The translations under genes were made by a program, and so were the position numbers. A DNA stretch of 64,000 bases, taken from contig JAFAAL010000012.1 in NCBI GenBank assembly GCA_023426575.1, positions 2,147 through 66,146 on the forward strand, given 5' to 3'. Under the pieces are notes generated by a model. It saw nothing but the letters and a program-made list of their open reading frames with translations. It was not told where the DNA came from and ran no database searches. Positions 59,095-64,000 of this stretch are shown piece after piece. Position 1 is the first letter of the stretch, and each line of letters starts with the position of its first letter. The stretch is from Bacillota bacterium. Its GTDB lineage: Bacteria; Bacillota; Clostridia; Saccharofermentanales; DTU023.

Positions 59095-60318
59095 TTAGAG
59101 GGGATTCAGATCGTAGAGTTCACAGCTCTCCACCGCCTCTTTGACAAGTTCTTCAATAGGCAATTTCGCCTCGGCGCGCTCACAGTCGGAGCGCTTGGGC
59201 TTTGTCTTGGGGTGCTTGGCGACAAAGACGGTACAACAGTCCTCATAGGGCAAAATAGAAGTATCAAAAGCCCCAATCTCGCGAGAAATCCTGATGATCT
59301 CATCCTTGTCCATGCCGATGAGAGGGCGGAATAGAGGCAAGTCCATCAAGTAGTCAATGCACTGTAGTGCCTCGAGAGTCTGACTTGCGACTTGCCCGAG
59401 ACTCTCGCCGCTAATCAGCGCTCCACAGCCATGGCGCTCAGCGAGAGCCGCAGCAATGCGATACATCATTCGCCGCATGACGACAGTCAGGAGCTCGGGA
59501 TCTACGGACTCATTGAGCGCAAGTTGAACGGGCGTAAAGTCGACGACATTCAACTTGACGCGACCTGCATAGCTGGCCAAGATGCGCGCCAGATCCACGA
59601 CCTTTTGCTTGGCCTCTGGACTGGTATAGGGATGAGTGTGGAAGTAGACGGCGGACAGTTGCATACCACGTGAGGCCATCTGGAAACCTGCCACAGGAGA
59701 GTCGATTCCCCCAGATAAGAGAAGCATGCCCCGCCCGCTCATTCCCACAGGCAGGCCGCGATACGCCGGAAATGACTTGTGGTAGAGATAGCTCTTCCCC
59801 TGCTCGCGAACCTCGATAGTCAGATTGACATCGGGCTGGTGGAGGTCGACACTGAGTTCTCCGGGATGAGCCTTAAGAACCAGTTCACCGAGTCTGACGC
59901 AGAGCTCGTAAGAATTCTCAGGATAGGACTTATCCGTTCTCTTTGCAGACATCTTAAATGTGTGAGGCGCAGGGCCTGCCGCTGCAAATGCTCGTGCCGC
60001 ATAGTCCAAGACTTCTTCTCGGATCTTCTGAGGATCTGAAGGCATCACGCGGACTGGGCTCGCTGAGACATAGCCGAAGACAGGCTTGATCGCAGTGAGG
60101 ATCTCGTCGATGGGAAAGTGTTCCTCCAGTCCCCTCACCCAAATGCGAGAATGCTCCTGATAAACCTCCACAGCACAGATCGGTCGGAGACGATAACGCA
60201 GCGTCTTGAGGATGCGATCGACAAAGCGGCGTCTGTTCAGACCCTTGAGAGTGATCTCCCCGAGACGTAGCAAAATAAGACGGTCATAGCGCTGACCTTG
60301 AAATTCAACTCTGTTCAT
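59095..60318 (-). CDS. thiI: tRNA 4-thiouridine(8) synthase ThiI
   Basis: THUMP N-domain, PP-loop LLSGGIDSPVA, no rhodanese domain (Bacillus type). Confidence 0.9.
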   Translation of the reverse strand: MNRVEFQGQRYDRLILLRLGEITLKGLNRRRFVDRILKTLRYRLRPICAVEVYQEHSRIWVRGLEEHFPIDEILTAIKPVFGYVSASPVRVMPSDPQKIREEVLDYAARAFAAAGPAPHTFKMSAKRTDKSYPENSYELCVRLGELVLKAHPGELSVDLHQPDVNLTIEVREQGKSYLYHKSFPAYRGLPVGMSGRGMLLLSGGIDSPVAGFQMASRGMQLSAVYFHTHPYTSPEAKQKVVDLARILASYAGRVKLNVVDFTPVQLALNESVDPELLTVVMRRMMYRIAAALAERHGCGALISGESLGQVASQTLEALQCIDYLMDLPLFRPLIGMDKDEIIRISREIGAFDTSILPYEDCCTVFVAKHPKTKPKRSDCERAEAKLPIEELVKEAVESCELYDLNPL

Positions 60319-60324
60319 CTTGTC

Positions 60325-61458
60325 TTAAATCTTATACATATTGACGACTTTGACCAAGCTCTGCACGAGATATTCCATCTCTGACATCGTATTGCTCTCA
60401 TTGATAGATATTCGAATCACGTGGCGAGCCCTCTCCCTCGAGAGACCATAGAGCCGATAGAGAGAGTCATGTGAGCCCTTATGACTCGAACATGCAGAGC
60501 CAATGGAGACACAGATGCCAAGCTCCGAGAGAGCGTGCATAATTGTCTCACCCCGCAAGGCAGGAATTTCGAGAGCCAGGATCTGGGGGATCTGTCTGGC
60601 CCCTGAAAGGACATGAAAATCCAAGCCAGCATCATGAAGGGCATGAACGAGAGCTTCTCTGAGTTCTAGGACGAAGTGACTCTTCTGATCTAAGTCAGTC
60701 AGGGCTCTCTCAAGAGCCTGGACGGACGTCTCTAAGAGGGGATAATTTTCTGTCCCTGAACGCAGCCCTGATTGCTGTCCGCCGCCGACAATCTGGGCAA
60801 CTAGTTTGACCTTTGGAGCCACCAACAGGAATCCAATCCCCTTGGGCGCACCGAACTTATGTCCCGAGAGCGAGATGAGATCTACTCCGAGCCCATCAGC
60901 GCGAAATGGAATCTTAGTGACCGCCTGAACGGCATCGAGGTGGATTAAGATCTGTTTTTGTCTCGCACGCGCCAGAGCCACTGCGTCCTCAAGATTGACC
61001 ACGGTGCCTATCTCATTTTGCACGTGAATCAAGGTCAGGGCGAGAGCAGGTTCGAGTAGAGCCTCGTCAAGAGCCGAGAGGTCAATGAAGCCGTCTCGAC
61101 ATGGAATTGTAACTATGTCATAGCCTCTCCCTGCCAACTTTTCCAATGCCGATCGCGTTGCCGAGTGTTCAAGATCCGTTGTCAGAATTCGCTTGGCTCT
61201 TTGAGGATAAGCATCCGCCAGGCCCAGGAGTGCCAAATTGATAGATTCCGTGGCTCCAGAACTGACAAGGGGCTCAAAGGACTGGGCTCCGAGAGCTTCC
61301 TGTAATCTTTTTTTGGCCTCTTTGATTTTGTCCTTGACCTCGAGCGCTGGGGCATAGCGTGCAGCGGGGTTAAAGTTCGCCTCAGCCAGGAGCTTGGCAT
61401 AGACGGCTATGATTTCTGGATCGATAAGACGGGTGGCCGTGTGATCGAGATAGATCAT
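60325..61458 (-). CDS. Cysteine desulfurase (NifS/IscS class V aminotransferase), ThiI partner
   Basis: MIYLDHTAT, PLP lysine SLSGHKFGAPKG, catalytic loop SIGSACSS. 6-nt gap to thiI. Confidence 0.88.
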   Translation of the reverse strand: MIYLDHTATRLIDPEIIAVYAKLLAEANFNPAARYAPALEVKDKIKEAKKRLQEALGAQSFEPLVSSGATESINLALLGLADAYPQRAKRILTTDLEHSATRSALEKLAGRGYDIVTIPCRDGFIDLSALDEALLEPALALTLIHVQNEIGTVVNLEDAVALARARQKQILIHLDAVQAVTKIPFRADGLGVDLISLSGHKFGAPKGIGFLLVAPKVKLVAQIVGGGQQSGLRSGTENYPLLETSVQALERALTDLDQKSHFVLELREALVHALHDAGLDFHVLSGARQIPQILALEIPALRGETIMHALSELGICVSIGSACSSHKGSHDSLYRLYGLSRERARHVIRISINESNTMSEMEYLVQSLVKVVNMYKI

Positions 61459-61461
61459 CCG

Positions 61462-62190
61462 CTAATTGAGCTCCAATTTTAATAGGTCGGGACGCAAGAC
61501 GATGCGCAGGACCTCAGAGACATGGCCAGATCGACCGCTCAGCTGGCCCTCTAAAACCATGACATAAGAGCGCAGGGGAATCTCAAGATCCTTGGCCTCC
61601 TGCTTCCTGGCAGGACGGCAAGTCAATTCAAGAGAACCCTTTTGAGGGAGATAGGCATACTTATTTGACTTGATATCGACCATTCGCTTGCCAGAAGCCA
61701 TATTGGCGCCAAGCTCCGGAAAAAGTTGCACGGGAATAAAAGAACGACAGACGCCGAGGATTAAACCGTCAATTTCAATGGGCCACTTGGCCAGCCAATA
61801 GCCGGGATGCGACGGTTTATCCTGATTTTTAGCCAGGAGATCGAGCTTTGGATCGGGATCCACAAGCTTAATTTCTTCGAGACCAATATCATCATAAGAA
61901 TTGAGATTGAGGAAACTGAAACTCAAAGCATTAAAATGTGGAATCTGCAAACGCTCAAGTTCATCAGCGACAAAGGTTCCCTTCCCCTTTTTTATCTCAA
62001 GGACGCCATCCCCAACAAGGTCAGCAATCGCTTGACGAACTGTGGGGCGAGAAAGATCTAATTCCTTGCAGAGCTGCAATTCGGAAGGGATCTGCTCCCC
62101 TGCCTGATAGATACCCGTCTCGATGCGTTCGACAATCATCTCGCGCAATTGCGCATACAGCGGAACGCTACTATGTCGATTTAATTTCAT
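61462..62190 (-). CDS. GntR/HutC-family transcriptional regulator (wHTH + UTRA)
   Basis: PLYAQLREMIVERIETGIYQAGEQIPSELQLCKELDLSRPTVRQAIADLVGDGVLEIKKGKGTFV, followed by a ~160-aa effector domain. Confidence 0.85.
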   Translation of the reverse strand: MKLNRHSSVPLYAQLREMIVERIETGIYQAGEQIPSELQLCKELDLSRPTVRQAIADLVGDGVLEIKKGKGTFVADELERLQIPHFNALSFSFLNLNSYDDIGLEEIKLVDPDPKLDLLAKNQDKPSHPGYWLAKWPIEIDGLILGVCRSFIPVQLFPELGANMASGKRMVDIKSNKYAYLPQKGSLELTCRPARKQEAKDLEIPLRSYVMVLEGQLSGRSGHVSEVLRIVLRPDLLKLELN

Positions 62191-62278
62191 ACGGTCTCCT
62201 TATTTCTTGAGCAAGTGGTGAGAACATCATATCACAAGCTTTCGTCCTTGTGCGGTGCGTATGAGAAAATTTTTAAAA

Positions 62279-63286
62279 TCAGTCGAGACTGATGAATTTA
62301 ATTTGCAAGACCTGCCCTCGAGAATCAAGAGTACAAAGAGCAGCGACTGAGGAAATAACCTTCTTGTCATGACCTCTTGAATTCAAAAAATATTCGCCAA
62401 GACGTCTTATTCTCTCCACTTTTGACTTGTCTAGACCCCAAAAATCACTGGTCCTTACATCTTTTTCTTGCCTAGCTTTGACTTCGACGATGAGATATCT
62501 CTCTTCGTTCTCAGCAATGAGATCAACTTCCCCCACGGGCTGCAGCTGAAAATTTTGAATCAAGAGACGATATCCTCGCCGTTGTAAATCAAGAGCCACA
62601 ACGGTCTCAGCACCCTGTCCCACTGCCGTCGATCGACTTTCTCTTCTTGCATGGCCGAGTTGGAGCTTATGTAAAAAGCTCAGCCTGTGGAGAGGGCAAG
62701 GCCCATACTCTTTGAGAGCCGCGATGTGCTCTCTAGTTCCATAGCCCTTGTTCTTTGCGAAGCCATATTGTGGATATATCTCGGCAAAGCCTTCCATGGC
62801 TTGATCTCGACTGACCTTGGCCAGGACTGATGCCGCTGCAATGCAATTCGCTCGGCTATCCCCCTTGACAATGGCTTCTTGAGGTAGTGGCAGTGCTAGT
62901 CTTAGCGCATCAATCAAGAGGTAATCGGGCTGAGTGGACATCTGTGAAACGGCCTGGGTCATACATTCTTTGGTCGCCTGCAGGATATTGATCTCGTCAA
63001 TCGTATCCTGATCGCAATAGGCTATCTCATAAGAAATGGCCTGCTCTTTAATCTGGGTAAAAAGTTCCTCTCTCTTTCTGGCAGAGAGTTTTTTGGAATC
63101 GTTGAGGCCCAGGATCGGCCGCTTGGGATCTAAGATCACGGCCGCTGCCACCACGGGACCTGCGAGCGGTCCTCTCCCCGCCTCGTCGAGGCCTGCGACA
63201 TGAGTATAGCCACGCGCCCACAACTCTTCTTCGAGGAGATTGAGAGCTGCAAATTGAGCTTCAAGATCTTGGGGACGTTTAGGCAT
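62279..63286 (-). CDS. rnhB: Ribonuclease HII fused in frame to a YraN (UPF0102) PD-(D/E)xK-like domain
   Basis: RNase HII motifs GLDEAGRGPLAGPVV, LNDSKKLS, LIDAL (nt ~63211-62660). C-terminal GAETVVALDLQRRGYRLLIQNF...GEVDLIAENEERYLIVEVKAR (nt ~62632-62282) matches the YraN core. Start ATG 63286 or GTG 63343. Confidence 0.8.
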   Translation of the reverse strand: MPKRPQDLEAQFAALNLLEEELWARGYTHVAGLDEAGRGPLAGPVVAAAVILDPKRPILGLNDSKKLSARKREELFTQIKEQAISYEIAYCDQDTIDEINILQATKECMTQAVSQMSTQPDYLLIDALRLALPLPQEAIVKGDSRANCIAAASVLAKVSRDQAMEGFAEIYPQYGFAKNKGYGTREHIAALKEYGPCPLHRLSFLHKLQLGHARRESRSTAVGQGAETVVALDLQRRGYRLLIQNFQLQPVGEVDLIAENEERYLIVEVKARQEKDVRTSDFWGLDKSKVERIRRLGEYFLNSRGHDKKVISSVAALCTLDSRGQVLQIKFISLD

Positions 63287-64000
63287 CTGGGAGGATAATT
63301 TCCTGTCCTGGGAGTTCCAGACAGATCTCGCCGAGCTTCCCACCGCGCATCTGGTGGAGGAGTCGATCTGCTGCTCGCGTCAAATCAACCTCACCCCCCT
63401 TTTGGAGCAGTCCAGCTGCTCGGCCATAATTTTCCAGGGCTAAGAACATTTCCGCTTTATTTTGAGCTGGAGGCATACCCATGAGCTCTTGATATCTCCT
63501 TGGATCTACATGTGACCAGAGATAGATAAAGTCGAGGGCCAATTCCTCGAGAGGTAGAATGCGATCGGGAATCGCCATGCAGATGGCAAGTTTAGCCTGT
63601 TCTTCTCTTGTCTCAAGCTTAGGCCAGAGGAGCCCTGGAGAGTCCATCAGTTCATAGCGCTTGTCCCGCGACGCAATAAAAGTAATGCCCCGCGTCAGGC
63701 CCGGTCGGTTTTCAGTCGCATGGCTATTTTTGCCGAGGAGCAGATTACCAAGCGTCGACTTGCCAACGTTGGGAATCCCAAGACAGGCAATCGTGAGAGG
63801 CCGAGGCCTGCGTCCTCTCATCTTGTCACGGGCTGCAAGCTGATCGCTAAACGGGCGCAGAATCTTCTCGAGAGTCTTGCGGGCGCCCGGCGCCTTGAGA
63901 TTGACAGCATGAGCTTCTACGCCCTGCTCCTTAAAATGTTGTAGCCAGAGCTCCCGCTGCTCAGCCGAGACGAGGTCTGACTTGCTTAGGATGACGATAT
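63279..64000 (-). CDS. rbgA: Ribosome biogenesis GTPase A (RbgA/YlqF), N-terminus beyond window edge
   Basis: Circularly permuted GTPase. The frame stays open upstream of the track ATG 63821 to nt 64000 (IVILSKSDL = G4). G1 GIPNVGKSTL and G3 DSPG follow. Confidence 0.85.
   Translation of the reverse strand, partial: IVILSKSDLVSAEQRELWLQHFKEQGVEAHAVNLKAPGARKTLEKILRPFSDQLAARDKMRGRRPRPLTIACLGIPNVGKSTLGNLLLGKNSHATENRPGLTRGITFIASRDKRYELMDSPGLLWPKLETREEQAKLAICMAIPDRILPLEELALDFIYLWSHVDPRRYQELMGMPPAQNKAEMFLALENYGRAAGLLQKGGEVDLTRAADRLLHQMRGGKLGEICLELPGQEIILPDA

Noticed and set aside
58049-59098. 349-aa ORF on the plus strand
   Set aside because: It is antisense to the highly conserved glyA and runs through the thiI terminator. 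It has no RBS or motif. Shadow ORF.

Overview
This is a gene-dense chromosomal core segment with about 62 protein-coding genes, 4 tRNAs and an RNase P RNA. I saw no rRNA, CRISPR array, transposase, phage genes or recognisable defence genes.

Plus-strand content, in order:
- opp ATPases (coaE and ychF follow on the minus strand)
- comM-dprA-topA-trmFO-queA-tgt-yajC
- a SCIFF peptide / radical-SAM maturase pair
- dnaG-rpoD-trmK-nif3, rnpB and a long-form purM
- envelope genes (ytxH-like, DUF948-like, yfhO) and comEB
- a minus-strand OmpR-type two-component system bracketed by two pseudouridine synthase genes
- a CofE-like gene and mscS
- three small tRNA transcription units
- pyrC-pyrF-pyrK-pyrD, then an OPRT-like gene running into a membrane protein / MoxR / DUF58 / transglutaminase module
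- miaB-mutS-mutL-miaA-hfq

Minus-strand content from the right edge leftward: rbgA, rnhB, gntR-nifS-thiI, glyA, rarA, an M18 aminopeptidase, a xerC-like gene, asd and a thrE pair.

The synteny blocks match those I know from Bacillus and Clostridium chromosomes, and SCIFF is a Clostridia-associated marker. I therefore infer a Bacillota, Clostridia-like organism with very compact, translationally coupled operons (many ATGA/TAATG overlaps).

I did not find a convincing, wholly new multi-gene system. The most noteworthy items are:
- a 50-aa SCIFF precursor that the ORF track misses
- an RNase HII-YraN fusion ORF
- a degenerate OPRT-like protein heading the MoxR module
- a strongly diverged Hfq
- an rnpB gene with no intergenic space on either side

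All coordinates were worked out by hand. Starts were chosen by RBS spacing and conserved N-termini. Promoters and terminators are by-eye predictions. Family assignments rest on motifs recalled from memory, not on searches.
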